64,000 nt of DNA from an uncultured Acidobacteriaceae bacterium. Lineage in GTDB: Bacteria; Acidobacteriota; Terriglobia; Terriglobales; Acidobacteriaceae. Of the stretch, positions 9,432 through 19,524 are shown piece after piece (the first letter of the stretch is position 1; each line of letters begins with the position of its first letter). The stretch covers positions 15,758-79,757 of the forward strand of contig CAXTEU010000002.1 of NCBI GenBank assembly GCA_964243475.1, read 5' to 3'. The position numbers and the translations under genes are program-made. Under the pieces are notes generated by a model, which saw nothing but the letters and a program-made list of their open reading frames with translations, was not told the origin of the DNA and ran no database searches.

Positions 9432-12400
9432 ATGATCGTGAAGCACGTAGCATCAAGAACATTCCGGCGGTCTACTCTTGCCTGCATCGCATGGGCGGTG
9501 TGTTTCCTTTTAAGCGCTTCCGCGACCTCGTTCGGCCAGGTCGACCAAGGCTCCATTTCCGGCACGGTCCAGGATTCCACCGGCGCGGTGATCCCCAACG
9601 CCACGGTGACCCTGCTTAACACCGACCAGGGCACCAGCCTTGAGACCAAGTCGGCCGGCGCCGGCGAATACACCTTTTCTCCGGTCCGGGTGGGCCACTA
9701 CACCGTCACGGTCACGGCCTCCGGCTTCTCCACGACGACCCAGGAGAACCTTACCGTCACGGTCGGCTCGGAGGTCCAGGCCAACATCCGGCTGCAGACC
9801 GGCGCCGCGACCGAGACCGTGACCGTCTCCACGGCGCCCCCGCAGCTGCAGACCGAGGAGTCGTCTGTGGGCCAGGTGGTTGACGAGCACACCATCGTGA
9901 GCCTGCCCCTGAATGGCCGCAATTTCACGTTTCTTGCGCAGCTTTCGGCCGGCGTGAACACGGCGCAGGCCGATACGCGCGGCAATGCCGCCTCCGGAGC
10001 CTTCACCGCGAACGGGCTCCAATCGGCGCAGAACAACTACCTTCTTGACGGGATCGACAACAATTCGAACGCGGCTGACTTCCTGAACGGAACCAACTTC
10101 GTGATTCTCCCGCCCGTAGACGCCATCCAGGAGTTCCGGGTCCAGACTGCTGATTTCTCGGCCGAACTAGGCCGCTCCGCGGGCGCCGTGTTGAACGCGA
10201 CGATCAAGTCGGGCACTAACTCAATCCACGGTGCCGCGTGGGAGTTTTTCCGCAACGACAAGCTGGATGCCGCCGACTGGTTTGAGAATAACGGCGGCAT
10301 CAAGAAAGGCGAACTTCGCCAGAATCAGTTTGGCGGATCGATCGGCGGACCGATCCTGCGGGACAAGCTGTTCTACTTCGGTGACTACGAAGGCCTCCGC
10401 CGGGTGCAGGGAACCGTCCTGACCGGCAGCGTTCCGACCCTGACGGAAAAGAATAGCGGGTTCACGAACCTGTCGGATGTGATTACTGGGCAGGCGCTCC
10501 CACTGACTTCTCCGAATTGCCAAACTGTTCCTGCGGGTCAGCCCTGCCCCCAACATGTCGATGCTCTTGGCCGAGTAATCCCCTTCGGTACCATTCTCGA
10601 TCCCGCGACCACGCGCGCCGTCACCGCCGGCGTTCTCGACCCTGCTTCTGGGTTGGTCGCCGCCAAAACCGGTTTCGCGCGCGATCCCTTCGGCACCTGC
10701 GCCGCCGGCACCACTGTCTTTACTCTCGCGGCCTGCAACCTCAACCAACTGCCCGCCGGCCGCCTCGACCCCAACGCTGTCAAGCTCCTCAACCTCTACC
10801 CCAACCCAACCAGCGGCGGCTTCACTTCGAACTTCACCAACAGCCCCAGCCTGTACGAGCATCGTAATGCCTTCGACACCCGCATCGACTACAACCTTTC
10901 CGAGAAAGATCAGATCTTCGGCCGGTTTTCGTACGTCGACGACCCTAACTTCATTCCCGGCATCTTTGGCGGGATCGCCGACGGCGGGGGCTTTCAGAAC
11001 GGAATCCAAACGGCGAAATCGGACCAGGCCGTACTCGCCTATACCCACGTCTTCAACCCGTCGGTCGTTAACGTCGCCCGCGTTGGCTTCAACCACCTCC
11101 ACACGACGCGCACCGGACCTGCGGGCGGCATCAGCGGAATCCCCGACCAGTTCGGCATTCAGGGCATTCCGCAGGGTGGTTTGAACGGCGGCCTTCCCAA
11201 CATCAACATCTCGGGTCTGAACGCGCTCGGCTCCAATGACTTCCTGCCCTCGGACGAGGTGTCGCAGACCCTCCAGGTCGTTGATGACTTTACGAAGATT
11301 TACGGCAAGAACAACTTCAAGATGGGCTTCGAATACCAGGACGTCCACTTCAACACGCTGCAGCCCGCCTTCTCCCGCGGGGAGTTCGATTTTACCGGCA
11401 ACTTCGCCGGCGTCCCCGGCCAGGGTGGCGATCAAACGGCTCGCGCCGCGTTTCTGCTGACTCCCACCGCGGCAACGGTTCCCAACGGTGTCAGCTTCGT
11501 CGGCGGAGCTAACCAGGTGCAGGCCTCCAACATCGCCAAAACCTACGACAAGCGAAGCTACTGGTCCGGCTACTTCCAGGACGACGTCAAGATCACCCCC
11601 AAGCTGACCCTCAACCTTGGCCTGCGCTACGACTACTTCAGCCCGATCGCCGAGACGAACGGCGCGCAGGCGAACTTCGTTCAGGGTGGACCACCGAACG
11701 GCGTTCCCACTTACATTATTCCGGCTTCCGGCAAGGCCGATCGCAGCCTGTCGTCCACCGCGAACAACCCGTCTCTTCATGGCAACGGCTTCATCGACCT
11801 CCTCGCCAAGGATGGCATTGCTCTCGACATTACCGACAAATATGGCAAGGGCGTGGGTGAGGCGCAGAAGACCAACGTCGCACCGCGCTTCGGATTTGCC
11901 ATGGAAGCCACTCCAAAGCTGGCTCTGCGCGGCGGTGTCGGCCTGTTCTTCAACGCTTTTGAGAATGCCGGCTACGGTCCAAATATCGGTCGCAACTACC
12001 CCTTCGCCTACTCGTTCAACTTCCTCGGCAACGGCTCCGACTCGGCTCCCTTCAGTGCCGGTCCGAACCCCTACGGCACCTGCGCCACGGCGGGTCCAGG
12101 TGGAAGCGCGACGATCGGCGCGGGCCTGTCCTGCGCCGCCTTTACGCCGCTCGCGGTCAACGCCTCCGGCCTCGGGCTGTCCGGTCTTCAGTTCAACTTC
12201 AAAACGCCAGACACCCTGAGCTCCAACCTGAGCGTGCAGTACGCCGTGACGCATGACATGTCGGCGACGGTCGCTTACGTTTACACCCACGCCAGCCATC
12301 TGCAGGTCGGCGTCGGCAACAACGAGGTTTCGCAGATCCTGCCGGCGAATATCAGCACCACGCCCTACGTCCCCTTCCCCGACTTCGCTCAGGGTGGAAA

Positions 12401-13283
12401 CTACCAGCTCACGCTTGGCGCGAGCGTGTACAACGGCCTGCAGACCAAGATCGAGCAGCGTCTCGCGCACGGCCTGAGCTACCTGATTACGTACACGTAC
12501 TCCAAGACCCTCACCGATGCGCCCGATCTGCTTAACGGAGGCAGCACCTCCGGCTTCCGCGCACCCTACGTCCCAGGCCTCGGCACACGTATTGACTGGG
12601 GCCTCGCTACCTTTGACATTCGCAACGTCTTCCACTTCAGCGGCAGCTACGAGCTCCCGTACGGCAAAGGAAAGATGTTCGGGGGCAACTCCGGTAGGCT
12701 CACCCAAGCTGTGCTCGGTGGCTGGGGCACCAACTACCTGGTCACGCTTCAGGGCGGTCAGCCGATCACGCTCGGCTGCCCCACTGCAACGACCTCCGGC
12801 ACAGGCTGCTTCGACTTCCAGGTGCCGGGACAGAGCCAAAAGCTCGGCATCAAGGTCCGCCCCGATACAAGCGATACCAGCGCGAACCCCAAGAAGGTGC
12901 CGTTCTGGTTCGGCAACCCCGCCGCGTTCCAGCAACCCTGCCCGTACAACCAACCCGCAACGCCGGGGTGCATTCCGGTCTCGGGCGCGTTGCTGCTCGG
13001 CGGCGGACCGGCCCAGACGTTTGGCCCGGGATTCCACCGCTTCGACTTCTCGCTGTTCAAGAGCTACAACTTCACGGAACGCTACTCGCTCCAGTTCCGA
13101 TCGGAGTTCTTCAACATTCTCAACCATCCGAACTTCAACGCTCCGGGCTTCGGCGGCAACGGCGTGACTGCCATCGGCAACTCACAGAACTTCAACAGCT
13201 CCACCTTTGGCGAAATCGGCTCGACCCGCGACGCTCCGTATGATCCGCGGCAGATCCAGTTCGCGCTGAAGCTCTACTACTGA
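9432..13283 (+). CDS. TonB-dependent receptor (Oar-like, with carboxypeptidase-regulatory domain)
   Basis: ISGTVQDSTGAVIP, LPLNGRNF, NNYLLDGIDNN, DAIQEFRVQT, terminal RQIQFALKLYY. Confidence 0.92.
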   Translation: MIVKHVASRTFRRSTLACIAWAVCFLLSASATSFGQVDQGSISGTVQDSTGAVIPNATVTLLNTDQGTSLETKSAGAGEYTFSPVRVGHYTVTVTASGFSTTTQENLTVTVGSEVQANIRLQTGAATETVTVSTAPPQLQTEESSVGQVVDEHTIVSLPLNGRNFTFLAQLSAGVNTAQADTRGNAASGAFTANGLQSAQNNYLLDGIDNNSNAADFLNGTNFVILPPVDAIQEFRVQTADFSAELGRSAGAVLNATIKSGTNSIHGAAWEFFRNDKLDAADWFENNGGIKKGELRQNQFGGSIGGPILRDKLFYFGDYEGLRRVQGTVLTGSVPTLTEKNSGFTNLSDVITGQALPLTSPNCQTVPAGQPCPQHVDALGRVIPFGTILDPATTRAVTAGVLDPASGLVAAKTGFARDPFGTCAAGTTVFTLAACNLNQLPAGRLDPNAVKLLNLYPNPTSGGFTSNFTNSPSLYEHRNAFDTRIDYNLSEKDQIFGRFSYVDDPNFIPGIFGGIADGGGFQNGIQTAKSDQAVLAYTHVFNPSVVNVARVGFNHLHTTRTGPAGGISGIPDQFGIQGIPQGGLNGGLPNINISGLNALGSNDFLPSDEVSQTLQVVDDFTKIYGKNNFKMGFEYQDVHFNTLQPAFSRGEFDFTGNFAGVPGQGGDQTARAAFLLTPTAATVPNGVSFVGGANQVQASNIAKTYDKRSYWSGYFQDDVKITPKLTLNLGLRYDYFSPIAETNGAQANFVQGGPPNGVPTYIIPASGKADRSLSSTANNPSLHGNGFIDLLAKDGIALDITDKYGKGVGEAQKTNVAPRFGFAMEATPKLALRGGVGLFFNAFENAGYGPNIGRNYPFAYSFNFLGNGSDSAPFSAGPNPYGTCATAGPGGSATIGAGLSCAAFTPLAVNASGLGLSGLQFNFKTPDTLSSNLSVQYAVTHDMSATVAYVYTHASHLQVGVGNNEVSQILPANISTTPYVPFPDFAQGGNYQLTLGASVYNGLQTKIEQRLAHGLSYLITYTYSKTLTDAPDLLNGGSTSGFRAPYVPGLGTRIDWGLATFDIRNVFHFSGSYELPYGKGKMFGGNSGRLTQAVLGGWGTNYLVTLQGGQPITLGCPTATTSGTGCFDFQVPGQSQKLGIKVRPDTSDTSANPKKVPFWFGNPAAFQQPCPYNQPATPGCIPVSGALLLGGGPAQTFGPGFHRFDFSLFKSYNFTERYSLQFRSEFFNILNHPNFNAPGFGGNGVTAIGNSQNFNSSTFGEIGSTRDAPYDPRQIQFALKLYY

Positions 13284-13305
13284 CCCCGCTCGTCGTGATC
13301 CCGAA

Positions 13306-13338
13306 AAAGCTGGAACGGTTCAAAGCCGTTCCAGCTTT
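13306..13338 (+). terminator. Rho-independent terminator-like hairpin after the receptor gene
   Basis: Perfect 13-bp stem AAAGCTGGAACGG / CCGTTCCAGCTTT, 7-nt loop, followed by GCTTT. Confidence 0.75.
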
Positions 13339-13454
13339 GCTTTGACCGCGCTGAGCGCATACTCTGTTGGAGCCGTCGAGGACACCCGCTCGCGCAGCGT
13401 CCACCGCAGCGCGAACCGGGCGTCCCGCACCTCTGGGAGCTGAGGGAGAAGACC

Positions 13455-14870
13455 GTGCCATTCCCTTTCCACCGAACGCTTCCCCTTACCCTCGCCCTGC
13501 TCGCTCCCTGCATCCCCGCGCAGCAACCCGCCGCACCCCCGGCCACGCTCGACCAAGCCTTTCAGACCGCCGCCTCCGCCTACGGGGCAGGCCACCTTAA
13601 TGAAGCCGCCACGGAGCTCGAAACCCTCGCTCGGCAAGCTCCCGAAAACTTCTCCGTGCACGAACTCCTGGGCCTCGTCTACGGCGCCCAAACCCGCAAC
13701 ACGCAGGCCGTCGATCAACTCAAAACAGCAGTCCGCCTGAACCCGCAATCCGCCTCCGCCCACGCCAATCTTGGCACCGGCCTCATTCGCGCCGGCCAGC
13801 CCACCGAAGCCCAGGCCGAGTGGAAGAAAGCCCTCACGATCGAGCCCAACAACTACGGCGCCAACCACAGCCTCGCCGAGCTGTTCCTCCGCGGAAACAA
13901 CATCGCCGAAGCCCAACCCTACCTCGAAGCCGCCCAGCTCGCCCGGCCGGCCGCCCCCGACAATGGCTACGACCTCGCCCTCGCCGACCTCCTCCTCGGC
14001 CGCTACCCCGAGTGCCGGCAGCTCATCGCCACCCTCCAGCAGGGGAACGACTCCGGCGAGCTCCACAATCTGCTCGGCCGCCTCGACGAAAAACAGGGCG
14101 AATTTGTCGACTCCGCCAACGAGTTCGCCGCCGCCGCCCACATGGACCCCACCGAAGACAACCTTTTCGTCTGGGCCACCGAACTCCTCCTCCATCGCGC
14201 CTACGATCCCGCCATCCAGGTCTTCGAAACCGCCACGAAACGTTTCCCCGCCTCGCCCCGCCTTTGGATCGGCCTCGGCATGGCCCGCTACTCCCGCGGC
14301 GAGTACGACGCCTCCATCCACGCCCTGCTCACCGCCGCCGACCTCGACCCCACCGACCCCCGCTGCTACCTCTTCCTCTCCAAGGCCTACCTCAGCGCCC
14401 CCAGCCAAGCCGAAGACGTCATCGGCCGCTTCCACAGATACGCCACCCTCGAGCCGAACAACGCTCTCGCGCAGTATTACTACGCGATCAGCCTCTGGAA
14501 AGGTCGACGCATCCAGAATCCCGAGATCGATTACGCCACCGTTGAAGCCCTCCTCAAAAAATCGATCGCCCTCAACGGCAACCTCCCCGAACCGCACCTT
14601 CAACTCGGCATTCTCTACACCGACCAACACGCCTTCGATAAATCCCTTCCCGAGTACCAACGCGCCATCGAGCTCAACCCGAACCTTCCCGACGCCCACT
14701 TCCGCCTCGGCCGCTACTTCCTCCACGCTGGCGAAAAACAAAAGGGCCAGGCCGAACTCGACACCTTCAAGCGCCTCCAGGCGCAGCACCAGGCCGAAGT
14801 CGACACCGAGCGAGCCGAGGTCCAGCAGTTCGTCGTCTCCACCCAGGCCACACCTCCAGCCCAGCCCTAG
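13455..14870 (+). CDS. Secreted TPR protein
   Basis: Signal peptide (LPLTLALLAPCIPA), many TPRs; paralogous to 1635-3398. Confidence 0.85.
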   Translation: MPFPFHRTLPLTLALLAPCIPAQQPAAPPATLDQAFQTAASAYGAGHLNEAATELETLARQAPENFSVHELLGLVYGAQTRNTQAVDQLKTAVRLNPQSASAHANLGTGLIRAGQPTEAQAEWKKALTIEPNNYGANHSLAELFLRGNNIAEAQPYLEAAQLARPAAPDNGYDLALADLLLGRYPECRQLIATLQQGNDSGELHNLLGRLDEKQGEFVDSANEFAAAAHMDPTEDNLFVWATELLLHRAYDPAIQVFETATKRFPASPRLWIGLGMARYSRGEYDASIHALLTAADLDPTDPRCYLFLSKAYLSAPSQAEDVIGRFHRYATLEPNNALAQYYYAISLWKGRRIQNPEIDYATVEALLKKSIALNGNLPEPHLQLGILYTDQHAFDKSLPEYQRAIELNPNLPDAHFRLGRYFLHAGEKQKGQAELDTFKRLQAQHQAEVDTERAEVQQFVVSTQATPPAQP

Positions 14871-14889
14871 CCGCACCGCAGGTACGTTC

Positions 14890-16074
14890 ATGATCCACGC
14901 CCCCACACGCCGCCCGAACCCCACGCAAAGCGACGCCGAGATCGCCACGCACCTCGCCCGTTCCCGTCGCGACTTCCTGCGCGACGCCGCCGGCCTCGCC
15001 CTCGGCTCCACCCTCCTCGGCGGCAGCCCCTTCCTCCGTGGTCAGTCCATCGCGGGCAAGCGAAAGGTCATCGTCATCACCTTCGGCGGCGGTGCCCGCG
15101 ATCAGGAAACCTTCGCCCCCGAAGGTCAGGGCAACATCCCTCACATGCTCCGCGAGCTCGCCCCGCAATCCACCTTCTTCACCCACGTCCGCAACGCCGG
15201 CATCCTCGGCCACTACGTCGCCACTGCCTCGCTCGCCACCGGCGTCTACGAAACCCTCAACAACTTCTCCGCCACCCCGCCCTCGCACCCCACCGTCTTC
15301 GAATACTTCCGCAAAGACCTCAAGCGCCCCTCCTCGAACACCTGGGTCGTTGCTCCCTCGAACGGCTTCAACCGGATCGGCGAAAGCGACGCCCGCCTCT
15401 ACGGCCCTGGCCTCGGTGCCGGCGTCATCCTTCCCAAACACCTGCTCAAGGCCGCCGAGTCCAGCCGCGGCGGCAACTCCATGAGCCACCTGCTCCGCGA
15501 CAACTACGAAACCCCGCTCTATACCCCGCACCTCGGCGGCGGCGAAATCGAGCTCGCCCAGCTCGACACCATCCTCCAGCTCTCCGTCGACGACTTCATG
15601 GCCCACGCCCGCACCGTCTCCTCCCCCGACGAGCTCTCCATGTACATCGCCCGGCAGCTCATGCGCAAGCAGTCCCCCAGCCTCCTCTGGATCACCATGC
15701 ACGACGTCGACATCGCGCACACCGGCGCCTACTCCCTCTACATCGAAGCCATCCAGCGCACCGACCGCCTCTGCGCCGAACTCTGGTCCGCCGTGCAGAA
15801 CGACCCCGAGTACGCGGGCAACACCACCCTCTTCATCCTCCCCGACTTCGGCCGCGACGCCGACGCCGAGGCCGGCGGCAACGGCTTCCAGCACCACCGC
15901 ACCGGCGACATCGCCTCCCGCACCACATGGATGATGGCCCTCGGCGCCGGCGTCCGTCCCGGCGTCGTCTACGACCGCCCCGTACAGTCCATCGATCTCG
16001 TCCCCACCCTCGGCGCCCTCATGGGCTTCTCTCCCCGCCTCTCCCAGGGCCGCCCCATCACCGAGTTCCTCTAG
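14890..16074 (+). CDS. Tat-signal alkaline-phosphatase-superfamily-like protein
   Basis: True start ATG 14890 (the 13771 extension is a shadow frame); SRRDFLR; VIVITFGGG, HDVDIAH, FILPDFGR resemble AP-superfamily motifs. Confidence 0.7.
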   Translation: MIHAPTRRPNPTQSDAEIATHLARSRRDFLRDAAGLALGSTLLGGSPFLRGQSIAGKRKVIVITFGGGARDQETFAPEGQGNIPHMLRELAPQSTFFTHVRNAGILGHYVATASLATGVYETLNNFSATPPSHPTVFEYFRKDLKRPSSNTWVVAPSNGFNRIGESDARLYGPGLGAGVILPKHLLKAAESSRGGNSMSHLLRDNYETPLYTPHLGGGEIELAQLDTILQLSVDDFMAHARTVSSPDELSMYIARQLMRKQSPSLLWITMHDVDIAHTGAYSLYIEAIQRTDRLCAELWSAVQNDPEYAGNTTLFILPDFGRDADAEAGGNGFQHHRTGDIASRTTWMMALGAGVRPGVVYDRPVQSIDLVPTLGALMGFSPRLSQGRPITEFL

Positions 16075-16076
16075 CC

Positions 16077-17345
16077 ATGCTGCCCGCAAATCTCACCGCC
16101 GCCGCCTTTCACTCCTACCCTCCGGAGGCTCAGGCGCTCGCCGTCGAGCACCTCGCTCTCCTCCAGCAGCTGCCCTTGGCCTTCCTCCCCAATCTCCTCC
16201 GCGAGCTCATCGACTTCGACGAAAAGTTCCCCGCCGAGCGCACCGAGCTCCGAGCCCAGCTCACCTACCTGGCCACCCTCACCACGCCCCAACTGAGCCA
16301 CCTCTTCGCCAACTTCTCCAGCCTTGGTCTCTCCCCCGACCTCCAGTCCGTCGACTGGGTGAACCAGCCCCTGACCTTCACCGAGGGGCTCTCCGCCCAC
16401 CTCTGGAGCACCCACCAGATGGACAGCTTTCGCGCCGCCGCCACCGCCTACGGCACCGACCTCCAGGCGGCTCTTCCCCCCGCGCCGCTCCCCATACCCC
16501 GCCTTGGCATCGCCGTCATCGGCTTGGGCGCACCCGCTCCCAAGAGCCCACTCTTCCGCAAGCTGCGCGAGCACGGAACTTACTTCAGCCACATCGACCC
16601 CACCGACGGCCTCGGGCACCTCCTCGCCGCCGTCTACTCCCGCGCCACATCCCACCCCGTCCCGTACGGACACTGGTACGTCGAAGGCGGCGCATCCGCG
16701 ACGCACGATCTCGACCCCATCACCACCGTCTCCTACAGCGCCCTCACACCCGTCCTCCACACCCTTCTCGACCGCATCCAAACCGACGTCAGCAGACCCG
16801 GCATGGGTCCCGAAGAACTGCGGAACCACCTCGCCCGTCTCGCCCCAACCGAACTCGGCATGCACGGCGACCCCGTGCTCGACCGCTTCCAGCTCCGCCT
16901 CCTCACCGAAGGCTCCGGCACCCAAATCTTCTCCACCACCTTTGCCCAGTGGACCGCACGCGAGGCCCTCCGTCGAGCCCAGCCCCTCACCCTCCTCACC
17001 CGCTTCGCGCCCCGCCAACGCCAACGTCCCATGAACGAACTCCTCACCCGCAGCGAAGCCCCACCTGAGCTCGACCCCGTAGGTTCCCTCATCGACGCCG
17101 ACATGGCCGCCTACTACCAGTGGATCAATCAGGGGCGCCTCCCCGGCTCCAAAGCCTCTATGTTCCTCGCTTGGTTCGAAGGCGCCAACGAGGCCGTAGC
17201 CATCGGCCCCTCGATGCCCCGCGCCGCCACCTCCACATCCCCTCTCAAACTCGCAGCCCTGCTAGCGCTCATGACCGATCGGCTGTTTCCGAGAGGCAGT
17301 GACCTTACCATCACGCTGCCGTCGGCCTATCCGTCATCTTCGTGA
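16077..17345 (+). CDS. Hypothetical protein, closely coupled to the upstream gene
   Basis: ATG 2 nt after the upstream TAG; same C-ending codon bias; no family recognised. Confidence 0.7.
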   Translation: MLPANLTAAAFHSYPPEAQALAVEHLALLQQLPLAFLPNLLRELIDFDEKFPAERTELRAQLTYLATLTTPQLSHLFANFSSLGLSPDLQSVDWVNQPLTFTEGLSAHLWSTHQMDSFRAAATAYGTDLQAALPPAPLPIPRLGIAVIGLGAPAPKSPLFRKLREHGTYFSHIDPTDGLGHLLAAVYSRATSHPVPYGHWYVEGGASATHDLDPITTVSYSALTPVLHTLLDRIQTDVSRPGMGPEELRNHLARLAPTELGMHGDPVLDRFQLRLLTEGSGTQIFSTTFAQWTAREALRRAQPLTLLTRFAPRQRQRPMNELLTRSEAPPELDPVGSLIDADMAAYYQWINQGRLPGSKASMFLAWFEGANEAVAIGPSMPRAATSTSPLKLAALLALMTDRLFPRGSDLTITLPSAYPSSS

Positions 17346-18164
17346 GAAGGATTCAACGGACGGCGCCTCCACAACCACAAATTCGTTGTAGTGGGCAAGG
17401 CTACAGAGGCGATCTTGGGCTCAGACGCCACGTCGGAGTGCAACCAGGAAGCCAACGATGAAAGAGGCAGGGGCGGTGAGGGTGATAGCTCTTCTTTCGA
17501 ACCTTTCATGGTGAAGTTTCCAGATTGCTAAAAGCGTTCAGCGACCTATTGGGAGCAAAATTCAGTAGTTCCTTGCTGTAAGTTGCCCAGAACATCCGAA
17601 TGTGACTTGTACCGGACGACTGGAACGCTTCTCCGGCCAGATGTGGTGGACCATGCAAGGGCTGACAGGACAGTCAAGCCTATCTTCGGTGAAGCACTGG
17701 GCGGCTTGCTGTTTCAGGTACACATGTGACCTGCCGACCGCCATTGTTAGGAAGATTTCGTAGGGGCCGACATCGATGACGATTTCGGCTCCGATGCGTT
17801 CCCCGGAGAGCCTGCCGATGGCGAAGTGGTCCTCGATGACCATGCTTGCCAGGACGTGCGCGTGTTGAAATAGCGACCGACCTTGCCCTGCTTCCAATTC
17901 CGCTCTGCTACCAAAAGGGGATGCACTTCGGCGAGGTTTTGGAGGAATATTCGAAGTGTGTGAACGGCCTGCCGATTGCTGACTGGCTCAGCCGTCCTTC
18001 GTTCCAGCGCAAGAGAGGCGCACGGGGCGGGGGCGACACCCGTTCCGTCCAGATGAAAGTGAAAGAAAGTTCAGGTGACCCCTAAAGTTTTTTCGGGAAG
18101 TGACGATAAAGAAAGTACAGCTCCTCTGACAGGAAAGCTGAATTTGCCAAGGCGGTATCTCACA

Positions 18165-18752
18165 ATGAAGCTCACGCGTTCCGTTCCAGCACACCTCATC
18201 TCTCTTTTTCAGCAGGACCAACCCACCCGCGGAGAAAGACTCTCCGCGGTGCCGCGTTCACGCATTTGCCTTAAAACAGGCTTTCTCGCCGTCGCGCTGT
18301 GCCCGCTGGCGTGTGCTGTAGCCGGGGCTTCCACGGCCACGTCAACCATGGCGGTCAGCGCAACCGTGGTCTCCAGTTGCACTGTGTCTACAACACCAAT
18401 GTCATTCGGCAACTACAACAACACGCTACTCACGAGCACCGCCACGGTAACTGCCACGTGCTCCAACACCACGCCCTACAACGTGGGACTGAATGCTGGC
18501 ACGGCAAGCGGAGCCACCGTCACGACACGCGCGATGTTTGTCTCCGGCACACCCTCCGTCGTTCTGAACTACGGTCTCTACTCCAACAGCGGCCACACCA
18601 CAAACTGGGGAATGACGGTTGGCACCGACACCGTCACCGGCACTGGTAATGGGTCGGCTCAGGCGATCACCGTTTACGGGCAGATCCCGGCCGGTCAACT
18701 CGTCGCTCCGGGAGCTTACACGGACACGATTACAGCCACCATCACCTACTGA
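18165..18752 (+). CDS. Csu-type (spore coat U domain) pilin
   Basis: SATVVSSCTV..SFGNY, TCSNTTPYNVGLNAG, LNYGLYS, VYGQIPAGQ..GAYTDTITATITY. Confidence 0.88.
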   Translation: MKLTRSVPAHLISLFQQDQPTRGERLSAVPRSRICLKTGFLAVALCPLACAVAGASTATSTMAVSATVVSSCTVSTTPMSFGNYNNTLLTSTATVTATCSNTTPYNVGLNAGTASGATVTTRAMFVSGTPSVVLNYGLYSNSGHTTNWGMTVGTDTVTGTGNGSAQAITVYGQIPAGQLVAPGAYTDTITATITY

Positions 18753-18753
18753 T

Positions 18754-19524
18754 ATGTTGATTATTTCTCCTCGCAACCGGCCATCTCTGGCGATCCGAAC
18801 CTGCTCGACGGCAGTTGCCTTTTTTGTGTGGGCACTCGCGTTCAGCTTCGGAGGCAGTATCGCGCGAGGGCAGGCACTGACAGTGATGCCGGTGCACGTC
18901 CAGATGGCACCCGGGCAGAAAGCAGCCACGTTGAGCGTGACCAACGCGGGGACTGCCGAAACCTCGATCCAGATTCGCGCATTTGGCTGGACGCAGCCGA
19001 ACGGCAACGATCAACTCACCGCAACCGACGCGATCGTCGCCAGCCCGCCGATCGCAACGATTCCCCCTGGCGCTACACAGATTGTTCGCCTGGTTCTGCG
19101 CCGAGCTTCCGACGCGCGGGAAGACGCGTACCGCATACTTCTCGATCAGATCCCCCCGCCCGCCGAGCAGGGCACCGTGCATGTGGTGTTGCGCATTTCG
19201 ATCCCGATCTTTGCCCAGCCAAAGACGCGGGCGGTCTCTCACCTGAACTTTCATCTTGAGCGTAGCGCCCAGCAGGAGTTCCTGACGGCGACGAACGACG
19301 GCGTGACACACGAGGTTCTCCATGGTCTGGAGCTTGGAACCAACGACGGCCAGACACTTGTTACCACCTTCAGCGGTTCGCAATACGTTCTAGCCGGTGC
19401 CACGCGCCGATGGCTCATCACGGCGAGGAACAGTTCCCAGCCCGCAGGCGACAACCTGCGAGTGACCGCGAGCTCGCTTAGCGGCGTTATCCAGCAGCAG
19501 GTCCGTAATGCCGACAGTCCGTAA
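18754..19524 (+). CDS. Fimbrial chaperone (PapD/CsuC-like)
   Basis: SPPIATIPPGATQIVRL, EDAYRILLDQIPP, LRISIPIF. Confidence 0.88.
   Translation: MLIISPRNRPSLAIRTCSTAVAFFVWALAFSFGGSIARGQALTVMPVHVQMAPGQKAATLSVTNAGTAETSIQIRAFGWTQPNGNDQLTATDAIVASPPIATIPPGATQIVRLVLRRASDAREDAYRILLDQIPPPAEQGTVHVVLRISIPIFAQPKTRAVSHLNFHLERSAQQEFLTATNDGVTHEVLHGLELGTNDGQTLVTTFSGSQYVLAGATRRWLITARNSSQPAGDNLRVTASSLSGVIQQQVRNADSP

Noticed and set aside
10221-13127. 968-aa minus-strand ORF, and similar long ORFs at 3573-5099, 13320-15011, 14767-16089 and 16071-17024
   Set aside because: Antisense shadows of well-supported high-GC genes; no motifs of their own.
13771-14889. Pro/Ser/Thr-rich N-terminal extension of the 767-aa ORF
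   Set aside because: Alternative frame of the C-rich TPR gene; the real protein starts at 14890.
17267-17276. GCTCATGACC near the compositional boundary, similar to the tRNA-Met att core
   Set aside because: Only 9/10 identity and inverted relative to the att at 39988-40033, so not a direct-repeat partner.
17562-17897. 111-aa minus-strand ORF and 27878-28120 ORFs
   Set aside because: No recognisable motif, RBS or codon support.
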